Of a DNA stretch of 64,000 bases, positions 44,534 through 52,980 are shown piece after piece (the first letter of the stretch is position 1; each line of letters opens with the position of its first letter). The notes under the pieces were generated by a model, which was given only the letters and a program-made list of their open reading frames with translations, was not told the DNA's origin and ran no database searches. This DNA comes from an uncultured Candidatus Saccharibacteria bacterium. GTDB lineage: Bacteria; Patescibacteriota; Andersenbacteria; UBA10190. The stretch lies in NCBI GenBank assembly GCA_964359735.1, contig CAYHTZ010000002.1, positions 22,937-86,936 on the forward strand, read 5' to 3'. Position numbers and translations under genes: made by a program.

Positions 44534-45934
44534 TTGCTTAAACAAGCCACAAATTTTGGAGTGTGGGTAGTGAGCGGTGCGCTGCTCTTCGGTGCACTGG
44601 GCATTGTGCTGTTCGCCACGCCGCTTTTAGGGAATCGCGCGTTAATTGTCCGCTCGGGTTCGATGGAGCCGGCAATTAGCGTAGGAGATGTGGTAGTCGT
44701 GCGGCCAGGGGAATACCAGGCGGGAGATGCCATTGCCTACAACGTTCCCGGTAAGGAGAACATGGTGGTCACCCATCGCGTTCAAGAAGTGCGGGAGGGC
44801 GCAACAGGGTTTGAGTATGTTACCAAGGGGGATGCGAACCCGGAGGCAGACAGCTGGGTGGTTACTGGTGGAGATATTATTGGTGAAGAGCTCTTCACGG
44901 TGCCGTGGGTGGGGACACTGCTCGCCTTTGCCAAATCAAGAATTGGCTTCGTGAGTTTGGTAGTGATACCAGCGCTGGTGGTGGTGTTAAGCGAGATACG
45001 TGTGATTTGGCGAGAGATGAGGAAGAAGGTACCCACCTTCGCCACCCTTCGACCCCGAGCTCAGGGCCGAGGGGAGGCCACGGTGGGCAGGCCGGTGTTG
45101 GAGAGAGGAAATCCACCCTTAGTCTCTCCTTTATCAAGGAGGGAAACAGTGGACTCCTCCCTTGATAAGGGGAGACAGGGAGGGATTTCTTTGCCCAAGC
45201 CAGTGTATATGTCGACGCTCTCCTTTGTCGGCAATTCTCCTCCACAGAGACGCACGTTTGTAGATGGTGTGGTGAGAAGGAGCATGAGCTTTGCCTTAAT
45301 TGTGGTGGCGGCTTCGGTCATGACCCCAGCCACATTTGCGCTGTACGCAGACAGCGGCACAAGTTCGAATAACGTATTTACGGCGAGCGACGATTTTGGG
45401 GTTGGGCCAGGTGATGTGGTGATCAATGAAATTATGTGGATGGGTACAGACGAGGGTCCACATGACGAATGGATTGAATTGCGTAACATGACGAGTGATC
45501 CTATTGACCTGACTGGTTGGACGCTCCTGAATGCAGGAGGTGGCGGCAGTTCGTCTGATGACATTACTTTATCGGGGACGATTTTGGGTGATGGTTACTG
45601 GCTATTGGGTAACAATAATTCCGCGAGTTCAGCGATTGTTAATACTACAACTGTTGATCAGGTCACAACAAATGTTGAGCTAAGTAATGGAGGAGAACAG
45701 CTCACACTGAAGGATCCTGGTGGATTCACTATTGATGCTAGCCCTGTGACCAGTGGTTCTTGGCCGCTCGGAGATAATAGTTCTGGGCAACAATCGATGT
45801 CGCGTAACCTTACTCCGGGTGATGGGATTGTTGTGAGTAATTGGCACACATGTACCGATGCGGCGTGTAACGACACGACATATTGGGATGCAGAAGGGGA
45901 CGATTACGGTACTCCTAAGGCGGCGAATCTATGA
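44534..45934 (+). CDS. sipW: SipW-type (S26B, archaeal/eukaryal-like) signal peptidase I, continuous in-frame with a second module: a TasA-like N-terminal region plus a lamin-tail domain that carries its own SipW-cognate-like signal starting at 45284.
   Basis: SGSMEP catalytic Ser box and a C-terminal TM (residues 1 to about 165). A linker then contains the in-frame hairpin repeat (45124-45174). MSFALIVVAASVMTPATFALYADSG...NVFTA follows, then VINEIMW...DEWIELRN...LTGWTL, a lamin-tail domain. Confidence 0.65.
   Translation: MLKQATNFGVWVVSGALLFGALGIVLFATPLLGNRALIVRSGSMEPAISVGDVVVVRPGEYQAGDAIAYNVPGKENMVVTHRVQEVREGATGFEYVTKGDANPEADSWVVTGGDIIGEELFTVPWVGTLLAFAKSRIGFVSLVVIPALVVVLSEIRVIWREMRKKVPTFATLRPRAQGRGEATVGRPVLERGNPPLVSPLSRRETVDSSLDKGRQGGISLPKPVYMSTLSFVGNSPPQRRTFVDGVVRRSMSFALIVVAASVMTPATFALYADSGTSSNNVFTASDDFGVGPGDVVINEIMWMGTDEGPHDEWIELRNMTSDPIDLTGWTLLNAGGGGSSSDDITLSGTILGDGYWLLGNNNSASSAIVNTTTVDQVTTNVELSNGGEQLTLKDPGGFTIDASPVTSGSWPLGDNSSGQQSMSRNLTPGDGIVVSNWHTCTDAACNDTTYWDAEGDDYGTPKAANL
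45124..45174. repeat. Two hairpin elements of the same family lying in the SipW / TasA-like-LTD junction; read in-frame they encode SPLSRRE...LDKGRQGG.
   Basis: CTCTCCTT-tatc-AAGGAGGG and CTCC(T)CCCTT-gat-AAGGGGAG. Confidence 0.5.
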
Positions 45935-46977
45935 GGAAAGTACTGACAAGAATTCTGGGATTAGCTGTAGTGCTGGGAACCATTTGGTTCGGGGTGACAC
46001 ATGGGAATTTCTTGGCGCCGGTGGGTACGGCGTTTGCGGTCGGAGACCTCCTGATTGATTGGAACGTGCCGGCGGGGGATCCAATTTTTGTGGTGAATGA
46101 TTTCGCGCCGGGGGAAATGGAAAGCAGGAATGTCGAAGTGACTAACAGCGGGACCATCCCGCGCGAAGTAGGCGTGCGCGGAGTGCAAACGGGAGGCCTG
46201 GGAGCGCTGGAGGGTGTACTTGAGATCACGATTTCTGAAGGAGTAACGGATTTGTATGGCGGCACGAGCAGTACTGGCACGCGCACTTTGAGCCAGTTCT
46301 TTACGGATAGTACTAACCCGAATGGCATTACCTTGCTGACCGTTGACCCAAGTGAAACGGTAGTCCTCACCTTTAAGGTCAAGTTTGCGGAGTCTGCTGG
46401 GAATGAATTCCAAAACGCGAACGTGGTATTTGATATTACTCTTGGCATTACGGGGGAAGTGGCTGGGATACCAGCAGAGTGCGCGCAGATTGATTTCGCG
46501 GGCGACCCGATCTTTGGAACAGACTCGGGTGACCTGCTGCGCGGTACGGCTGGGAATGATCTGATCTTTGGATTAGAAGGCGGGGATGCAATTTACGGCA
46601 ACGGAGGCGATGACTGTATCGTTGGCGGACCGGGCCCAGATTACATTAACGGGCGATCAGGTAACGACGTGCTGCTTGGAAATGAAGGTCCGGATGCGTT
46701 GCTTGGTGAAGGAGGCAACGATGCCATGTTTGGGGGTACAGAAAACGATAGTCTCGAGGGCGGGTCTGGCAATGACACCGGCCGAGGAGGCGAGGGCAGC
46801 GATAGTTTCAGAGGTGGAGATGGGACTGATGTAGGGTTTGGGGAGGCAGGCAATGACGGTTTGCGCGGTGGGGTGGGTAACGATCAGCTCTTTGGCGTCG
46901 CGGGTCAAGACGCCGCCCAGGGCGATAGCGGAGTGGATACGTGCGAGGCGGAGGCGAAGACAGCCTGCGAGCTGTAA
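45931..46977 (+). CDS. Secreted protein with a TasA-like N-terminal region and C-terminal RTX-type calcium-binding nonapeptide repeats.
   Basis: Signal/TM then TAFAVGDLLIDWN. Tandem GGxGxDxUx repeats (GTAGNDLIFG, GGDAIYGNGGDDCIVGG, GNDVLLGNEGPDALLGEGGNDAMFGG). Confidence 0.6.
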   Translation: MRKVLTRILGLAVVLGTIWFGVTHGNFLAPVGTAFAVGDLLIDWNVPAGDPIFVVNDFAPGEMESRNVEVTNSGTIPREVGVRGVQTGGLGALEGVLEITISEGVTDLYGGTSSTGTRTLSQFFTDSTNPNGITLLTVDPSETVVLTFKVKFAESAGNEFQNANVVFDITLGITGEVAGIPAECAQIDFAGDPIFGTDSGDLLRGTAGNDLIFGLEGGDAIYGNGGDDCIVGGPGPDYINGRSGNDVLLGNEGPDALLGEGGNDAMFGGTENDSLEGGSGNDTGRGGEGSDSFRGGDGTDVGFGEAGNDGLRGGVGNDQLFGVAGQDAAQGDSGVDTCEAEAKTACEL

Positions 46978-47001
46978 GTGAGGGGTGTACACTCGGGGGA
47001 T

Positions 47002-48030
47002 ATGTGGCTCAGGCAGTTATCAGTTTTTCTTTTCCTGGCAGTAGGTGTCTGGGCTGGTTTGCGCATGGTGCGGACAGCCCTCTCGTCCACGTGCGTATCT
47101 CGGACCGTGTATGTGGCTCAGAAAGGAAGAGATCAAGAAGGGTACGGCTCAAGTAAAAAGCCGTACCAGACGATCGGGTATGCGCTCGCGCGGGCCACGC
47201 CGGGTACCACCATTGTGGTGAAGTCGGGAGTATACCCTGAACATCTTGTCACCACGCAGAACGGGGCACCTGGCTGCTCCATTACGCTGACTGGCTCGGC
47301 GAAGCTCACGGGAGGTGCAGAGAGCGGGCGCATCTTTGAGCTGATGCATGACTACTACGTTATTCGCGGCCTTGAGTTCACCGGCAAAGATGTCCTGTTG
47401 TGGATGCAGGAAGCTGACTACAACACCATCGAAAAAAATTTCTTTCACCATGCACAGGGGGAATGTGTACGGGCGAAGTACCACTCGAGCCACAATACGT
47501 TTGTAAGCAACAGAGTTGAGAATTGCGGAATAGCGGATTTTGTTCAAGGCGGCGGAGGGAAAAACGGTGAAGGTATTTACCTGGGCACCGCGCCTGAGCA
47601 GCTGAATAAAAATCCTACGCCAGAAACTGATCAAACCAGCTTTAACGTAGTCCGCTCGAACACGTTTGTAACGAACGGGAATGAGTGTGTGGATATTAAA
47701 GAGGGTTCAGCCAGTAATGCGGTGGAGTACAACGACTGCACGGGACAGCGTGATCCCGAAAGCGGCGGGTTTGATTCCCGGGGGAACGATAACGTTTTTC
47801 GCTACAACAAAAGTTATGGCAATGGGGGAGCGGGTATTCGCTTAGGGGGGGATGCCGGTACAGATGGCATTCGCAACGCGGTGTATGGCAATACGCTTGG
47901 TGATAATGGTGGCTACGCCTTGAAAGTTATGCGTCTGCCGCAAGGGTTGATTTGTGGGAATGCGGCTTCGGGTAATGCGCTTGGTTTCACGAACGAGCCC
48001 TCGGTCACGAATCCACCGTGCGCTTTTTAG
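47002..48030 (+). CDS. Right-handed parallel beta-helix repeat protein (pectate-lyase/NosD-like fold), secreted.
   Basis: Signal/TM N-terminus and periodic NxxFxxN/G-rich beta-helix-like repeats. The start was set to an internal Met. Confidence 0.45.
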   Translation: MWLRQLSVFLFLAVGVWAGLRMVRTALSSTCVSRTVYVAQKGRDQEGYGSSKKPYQTIGYALARATPGTTIVVKSGVYPEHLVTTQNGAPGCSITLTGSAKLTGGAESGRIFELMHDYYVIRGLEFTGKDVLLWMQEADYNTIEKNFFHHAQGECVRAKYHSSHNTFVSNRVENCGIADFVQGGGGKNGEGIYLGTAPEQLNKNPTPETDQTSFNVVRSNTFVTNGNECVDIKEGSASNAVEYNDCTGQRDPESGGFDSRGNDNVFRYNKSYGNGGAGIRLGGDAGTDGIRNAVYGNTLGDNGGYALKVMRLPQGLICGNAASGNALGFTNEPSVTNPPCAF

Positions 48031-49958
48031 CTGCGTAGCGCCTCGATTGGCTCCAGCTTGGCAGCGCGCAGGGCAGGGTACGTGCCGGAGACGAGACCAA
48101 TGACACCGCCGACGAGGGGAGCAAGCAAGGGTACGGCCGGGTCGAGCACGGGGGCCCAGGTTTGGTAGGCAGAGACTGCCACCACGGTGAGGAGGCCGAG
48201 GCTGGCGCCGGCAGTTCCGCCGAGAAGGCCAAGGGCAGTGCTCTCGAGTAAGAACTGCAGGGCGATGTGTTGTTTGGTGGCGCCCAGCGCGCGGCGCAGC
48301 CCTATTTCCCCGACGCGTTCCATCACTGACACCAAGGTGATATTTGAGATCCCAAGAGCACCCACAATTAAGGAGAGGCCACCGAGCAAGAGTAGGAGGA
48401 TGTTGAGATTGCTCTGGATAGCTTCGCGCACACGCTTCGGTTCCGGGGGAAACGTAACGGCGACGGCCTTGGGGTCGTCTGGTTTGAGCGCGAGCGGGGC
48501 TTGGCGGGCGATCAAGGTGGCCGCGCCGATTTGGGTTTCAACAATGACGGAGGAGGGGCTCGTTAGCCCAAAATCGCGGCGAGCGGTGCCTTCAGGAATT
48601 ATAACGGAGCCGAGTAAGTCAGGCTGCCGACCAACGTTTCCCAGTATGCCTATGACCAGATACATCTGGTCGCCGATAGTGATGGCGGGTAAGTGCGACG
48701 TGCCCCGAACGTTTAAGCGTTCAGCGGCGGTAGGCCCAAGTACGGCCACGCGATCGGCACGGGCCGAGTGGCCGTCGTCGGGCAAGCGCCCCGTTTTAAG
48801 ATTGGCGCGGGCAGCGGCGAACGCTCTCGGGGAAGCGGCCTGGACGGCTAACTTGAAGGCTGTCTGCTGCTGTGGGTCTTGCACGGGGGAGGCAGAGACC
48901 AGAGCGTCTTTCGTATTCACAGGGCTCAAGGTTCCCGCGGCTACGACGCCGTTTAAGCGGGCCAAGCGAGCCGGCGCATCCCAGGGAATGACTTGATTAT
49001 GGGAAGTGGCGAGGGCGGCGCGTGGCTTAACTACAATCTCCGTGGCGGCTAGTTCATTAAACGTGCCGATGATGCGGTTGCCGGCGGTGCGGGAGATGCC
49101 AACGGTGGCTACGAGCGCGGTGATGCCGATCACAACACCAAGGGTGGTTAAAGCTGTGCGCGCGGGTTTGGCAAAAAGGCCGGCGACAGTTTCCTCAACT
49201 AGGTCTCGAGCTGTGATCCCTGACGGGGCTGCCTCTCTCGCGGGGCCGGTGGGTGAGGAGGCGCGCCGAGGTGCTGGGGAGCCAGAAGTATGCTCAGTGA
49301 GCCGCCCGTCGATGATCTCAACCCTGCGGCTGGCGCGCGCGGCCACCTTTTCGTCGTGGGTCACAATCACGATTGTGAGCCCGCGGCGGTTTAGACCTTG
49401 GAGAAGATCAAGCAGGCGCGCGGCCGAGGCAGAGTCTAGGTTACCGGTGGGCTCATCGCAGAGGAGAAGGTTGGGGGAGACGGCCAGGGCCCGGGCGATA
49501 GCGACGCGTTGGCGCTCTCCCCCTGACAATTTGGTCGGAGAAAAGTCGGCGCGGGCCTCGAGCCCGACTTCGCGCAACGCAGACAAAGCGCGGTCCCCAC
49601 GACCGTCTCGGGGATGACGGCGGTATACTTCGGCGAGCATGACATTCTCGCGGACAGAGCGGTAGGGCAGTAGATGAAACGATTGAAAGACAAAACCAAG
49701 ATGACGGCCACGCAGGCCGGCGCGCTGCTCGTCAGTGAGCGTGGCGGTATCGCGGCCGTGCAGCAGATACTGGCCAGAGGAAGGTCGATCGAGCAGGCCG
49801 ATAATATTCAGAAGGGTTGACTTGCCAGCCCCAGAGGGCCCGGTAATGGCCAGCCACTCTCCCGATTCAAGGCGCAGATTGATGTGCGTGAGCGCTTGAA
49901 CAGGTGGATCGCTGCCGAAGGTACGACCGATGTTTTTCAGTTCGAGTAAGGGTGTCAT
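48027..49958 (-). CDS. MacB-like fused ABC transporter (N-terminal ATPase plus FtsX-like permease with a large extracytoplasmic domain).
   Basis: ITGPSGAGKSTLLN Walker A, LSGGERQRVAIARAL signature, LLCDEPTGNLD Walker B, and a C-terminal four-helix FtsX domain. Confidence 0.8.
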   Translation of the reverse strand: MTPLLELKNIGRTFGSDPPVQALTHINLRLESGEWLAITGPSGAGKSTLLNIIGLLDRPSSGQYLLHGRDTATLTDEQRAGLRGRHLGFVFQSFHLLPYRSVRENVMLAEVYRRHPRDGRGDRALSALREVGLEARADFSPTKLSGGERQRVAIARALAVSPNLLLCDEPTGNLDSASAARLLDLLQGLNRRGLTIVIVTHDEKVAARASRRVEIIDGRLTEHTSGSPAPRRASSPTGPAREAAPSGITARDLVEETVAGLFAKPARTALTTLGVVIGITALVATVGISRTAGNRIIGTFNELAATEIVVKPRAALATSHNQVIPWDAPARLARLNGVVAAGTLSPVNTKDALVSASPVQDPQQQTAFKLAVQAASPRAFAAARANLKTGRLPDDGHSARADRVAVLGPTAAERLNVRGTSHLPAITIGDQMYLVIGILGNVGRQPDLLGSVIIPEGTARRDFGLTSPSSVIVETQIGAATLIARQAPLALKPDDPKAVAVTFPPEPKRVREAIQSNLNILLLLLGGLSLIVGALGISNITLVSVMERVGEIGLRRALGATKQHIALQFLLESTALGLLGGTAGASLGLLTVVAVSAYQTWAPVLDPAVPLLAPLVGGVIGLVSGTYPALRAAKLEPIEALRS

Positions 49959-51505
49959 TCGAATCCGACCACGACGAGCTGGCCGGCTCCTAGGGCTCCT
50001 TGTATGGGAGTGACCTCCACAAAACCTTGGGCAGACAAGCCAGTTTTCACCGTAACGTATTCTAGCGACCCATTCCTTTGTACCTGCACGCGCGAACTTC
50101 CATCGGCAGCGAGTGAGACGGCGCTCACGGGCACGGCCAACACTTCATGGTTGGTGGATTTGATGGGGATCGTGAGTCGAAGAGATGTGCCGGCAAGCTT
50201 CGTCGGTGTTTCATTCACGGTTACTTCCATATAGACGTGGAAGGCGTCAACGCCGTTTGTGCCGGGTGCTTCGGCAACGCGCGTGACAACGCCGGCGGCT
50301 TTGATCCCGAGATCAGCTTCGTCGATCTTTACCTCCATCTCTGGGTTCACGAGGGAGGCCTCGGCGAGTTGTAAGGAGGAGTCAATGACGATTTGGTTAC
50401 TGGCGACAGTGAGGGCTGGTCCCTTGGCTGCGGCACCAACAGTCGCGTCAGTCTTTTCGAGGCGGGCCGGCAAGGAGCTCACGAATATAACTTCGTCGGC
50501 AGGGACGGTGATACCCGTCTTACTTTGGACGCGGTGAAGGTCAGCAGTCAGGCGCTCGGCGAGAGCTTGGGCTACAGCGGCTTCGCGCCGAGCAATTTTT
50601 TGCGCATTTTGTGCGTTCAGTACGGTGAGCGCGCCTTCCCGCCGTGTGGTTTTGACGGTGCTTTGGGCGGCTTTCAGTTCCGCTTCCGCTTTGGCTCTAG
50701 CTTCACTGCTTGAGTTCACATCCTCGGCGATGGTTTGGTAGGCGATCGTTTTTGCGTCCACATCGACGGCCGCAGCGTTGTTCGTGGCAACGGCTTTGGC
50801 GCGGGTGGCTTCTAAGAGCTGGGAGGACCCGGCTACGTTGGCTGCCAGGTGATCTTTTTCGGCTACGGCTAGTTGTTCTGTTAATGTGGAGATCTCGGAC
50901 AGTTGCTGTGGCGTGGGCTCAAACGCTTCCCAACCTGATTTTCGGTACCAGGCCGCCACCGCGGCGGCGGTTTGGTAATCGTATCTGCCATCGGTCGCGC
51001 CTGGGTAAAACCCTAGTCGCTTTAATGCACCCTCGAGTTGGCGCACATCCTTGCCCGAGGTGCCGGGTGCCATGTCGCGGAAAGCAGGGGTGTCGCCCTC
51101 TAACACGAAAACGGGGCGCCCGGAAATAGTGAAGGCCACGTCGCCTTCACGGAATTCGGCGTTCGGCAATGGCAGGCTGGTGATGAAGGTTTCCAAAAGC
51201 TTGGCGGCCGAAGGGGGAATAGAAATAATTTGGGGCAGAGCGAAACGGGCGGTGCCGCGCGTGACGATGTCTGAGGTTAAGACACGCTTATCGATGGGAA
51301 CAAGAATGGGAGAGGCCGGTGGAGGTGAGGATTCGGCGGCAATTTGGGCGGGGGATTTAATGCGTGCACCAGCCAGATAGCTCAAGGCCGCTACGGCGAC
51401 GGTGGCCGCAATGAGAGCAACGAGGGTAGCGAGGCGTGGATTTTGGGTAGCCCAGGTTCTGGCGGTTGAAGGGATGAGGCGGGTCAGGGCGCGTTTCACA
51501 TGCAT
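49955..51505 (-). CDS. HlyD/MacA-like periplasmic adaptor with an inserted peptidoglycan-binding domain.
   Basis: N-terminal TM, coiled-coil and beta-barrel adaptor layout. LEGALKRLGFYPGATDGRYDYQTAAAVAAWYRKSGW is a PG_binding_1-like motif. ATGA overlap with the MacB-like gene. Confidence 0.65.
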   Translation of the reverse strand: MHVKRALTRLIPSTARTWATQNPRLATLVALIAATVAVAALSYLAGARIKSPAQIAAESSPPPASPILVPIDKRVLTSDIVTRGTARFALPQIISIPPSAAKLLETFITSLPLPNAEFREGDVAFTISGRPVFVLEGDTPAFRDMAPGTSGKDVRQLEGALKRLGFYPGATDGRYDYQTAAAVAAWYRKSGWEAFEPTPQQLSEISTLTEQLAVAEKDHLAANVAGSSQLLEATRAKAVATNNAAAVDVDAKTIAYQTIAEDVNSSSEARAKAEAELKAAQSTVKTTRREGALTVLNAQNAQKIARREAAVAQALAERLTADLHRVQSKTGITVPADEVIFVSSLPARLEKTDATVGAAAKGPALTVASNQIVIDSSLQLAEASLVNPEMEVKIDEADLGIKAAGVVTRVAEAPGTNGVDAFHVYMEVTVNETPTKLAGTSLRLTIPIKSTNHEVLAVPVSAVSLAADGSSRVQVQRNGSLEYVTVKTGLSAQGFVEVTPIQGALGAGQLVVVGFE

Positions 51506-51535
51506 AGCTCCGATGGTATTTCCACCTACTGCCTT

Positions 51536-52420
51536 TCAGTTTTGCGGCGCGCCGTAGAGTTCCGTCTCAACTTGTTTTACGGCTGGCTCAATAAATTCCT
51601 CCTCGCAGGCGAGATCGGCCACGGCAATAGCGCGCTCTTCTCCTTGCAGCTGCCGCAAGGCTTCGGCGTCAGCGCCAGTTGCCTTGAGGCGGTCGCGAAG
51701 CGCGGGTTCGATTTCTTCCGGGTTGTTGTAATTAAAACCGGCTTCGCGCATGCAGCTGGACCACTCCTCAGTGGCGGCAATCACACGCCGGTCCTGGGCG
51801 ATTAAGGCATCGCCTGGGTTAGCATAGGCGGGACGTAAGTCTTCGGGCCTAAATACCTGCTCGACGGCCGTGCGTGTGCAGCCACCGGTGGGCGAGAAGT
51901 CCTCAGCTTCAAGCGAGACGGCGAATGTGGATGCGGTATTTTCTCCGAAGAGCGCCCGGTTGTAGGCAGCCTGATCGGCGGCTGACAAGGTGGCGAAGAA
52001 ATCGACGTTCTGTTTACTAAGACCAATAGTAGCAGCGTGGTCAGCGCCGGATAGCTGTGGGGGAGTGTTGGGGGCAAGAGAGCGAGTGGAGATGCCATAG
52101 CCAAACTGCTCGCGAAATTCTTCATCGGTGAGTCCCGCAGCTTTTTTGTCGGCGTCCATAGATTTGCGCACGGTCAAGTAATCGACTGGAACGTACTGGA
52201 AGCCGGCCTGCTGCATGCAGCTCGCGATGACTGCTTCAGTAGCCTCGATCTTCTGCACCAGTTCGGCTTTCGTTAAGCCAAATTCTTCCGAGCCAGGCAA
52301 GCTCTCTGGGCTGGGTGAGGCGGAGGGAGTAGACTCGCGGCCGGGGCGGGTGGCAGCGAAATACAGGACCGCGGCGACGGCGATGACGAGAGCGGCCACT
52401 AGAAAAATCTTTGGCTGCAT
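51536..52420 (-). CDS. Hypothetical membrane-anchored or secreted protein.
   Basis: N-terminal hydrophobic helix, then an S/P-rich linker; no recognisable domain. Confidence 0.35.
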   Translation of the reverse strand: MQPKIFLVAALVIAVAAVLYFAATRPGRESTPSASPSPESLPGSEEFGLTKAELVQKIEATEAVIASCMQQAGFQYVPVDYLTVRKSMDADKKAAGLTDEEFREQFGYGISTRSLAPNTPPQLSGADHAATIGLSKQNVDFFATLSAADQAAYNRALFGENTASTFAVSLEAEDFSPTGGCTRTAVEQVFRPEDLRPAYANPGDALIAQDRRVIAATEEWSSCMREAGFNYNNPEEIEPALRDRLKATGADAEALRQLQGEERAIAVADLACEEEFIEPAVKQVETELYGAPQN

Positions 52421-52524
52421 AACTGTGTATAACTAGCATAAGTCACTTGGGTAGTCAACGATTACAGCCTGTGCTACTTTGTGCTCAGTCAGGAGGGGAC
52501 TACTTGTATTGAAAGTCACATCGT

Positions 52525-52980
52525 ATGAAAAGTAGCTCCACCTATCTTGTCATTATTATTCTGGTAGCGCTCGGGCTGGCGGGATTTTTTTTGTTTGATG
52601 GGGAGCAAGCACCTCCCTCGCCGGATAGTCGTAAGATTCATAGTGATGGTAAAGCGGCCCAGGTTACGCCAATTCCGGGTACCGATAGGAAGGCTATTCT
52701 GCTGACGGAGCGGGCGGTGCAGCGGCTTGACATTACCACAGTGCCAGTGACGAGCGGACACAGTTTGGTTGTACCCTACGCCGCCGTGATGTATGACACC
52801 GATGGCAGCACCTGGGTCTACACAAACCCGGAGCCTTTGCGGTATGTCCGCCACCACATTGAAGTAGACCGCATCGAGGGAGACCAAGCCATTCTGTCGG
52901 ATGGTCCTCCTATTGGCACGGCCGTGGTGACGAGGGGGGCGGCCGAGCTGTTCGGAGTTGAATTTGGTGTAGGTAAATGA
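52525..52980 (+). CDS. Small membrane-anchored protein resembling the C-terminal beta-barrel domain of RND membrane-fusion adaptors (mini-adaptor candidate).
   Basis: N-terminal TM plus a roughly 110 aa domain ending HHIEVDRIEGDQAILSDGPPIGTAVVTRGAAEL. Translationally coupled (ATGA) to the downstream RND gene. Confidence 0.35.
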   Translation: MKSSSTYLVIIILVALGLAGFFLFDGEQAPPSPDSRKIHSDGKAAQVTPIPGTDRKAILLTERAVQRLDITTVPVTSGHSLVVPYAAVMYDTDGSTWVYTNPEPLRYVRHHIEVDRIEGDQAILSDGPPIGTAVVTRGAAELFGVEFGVGK

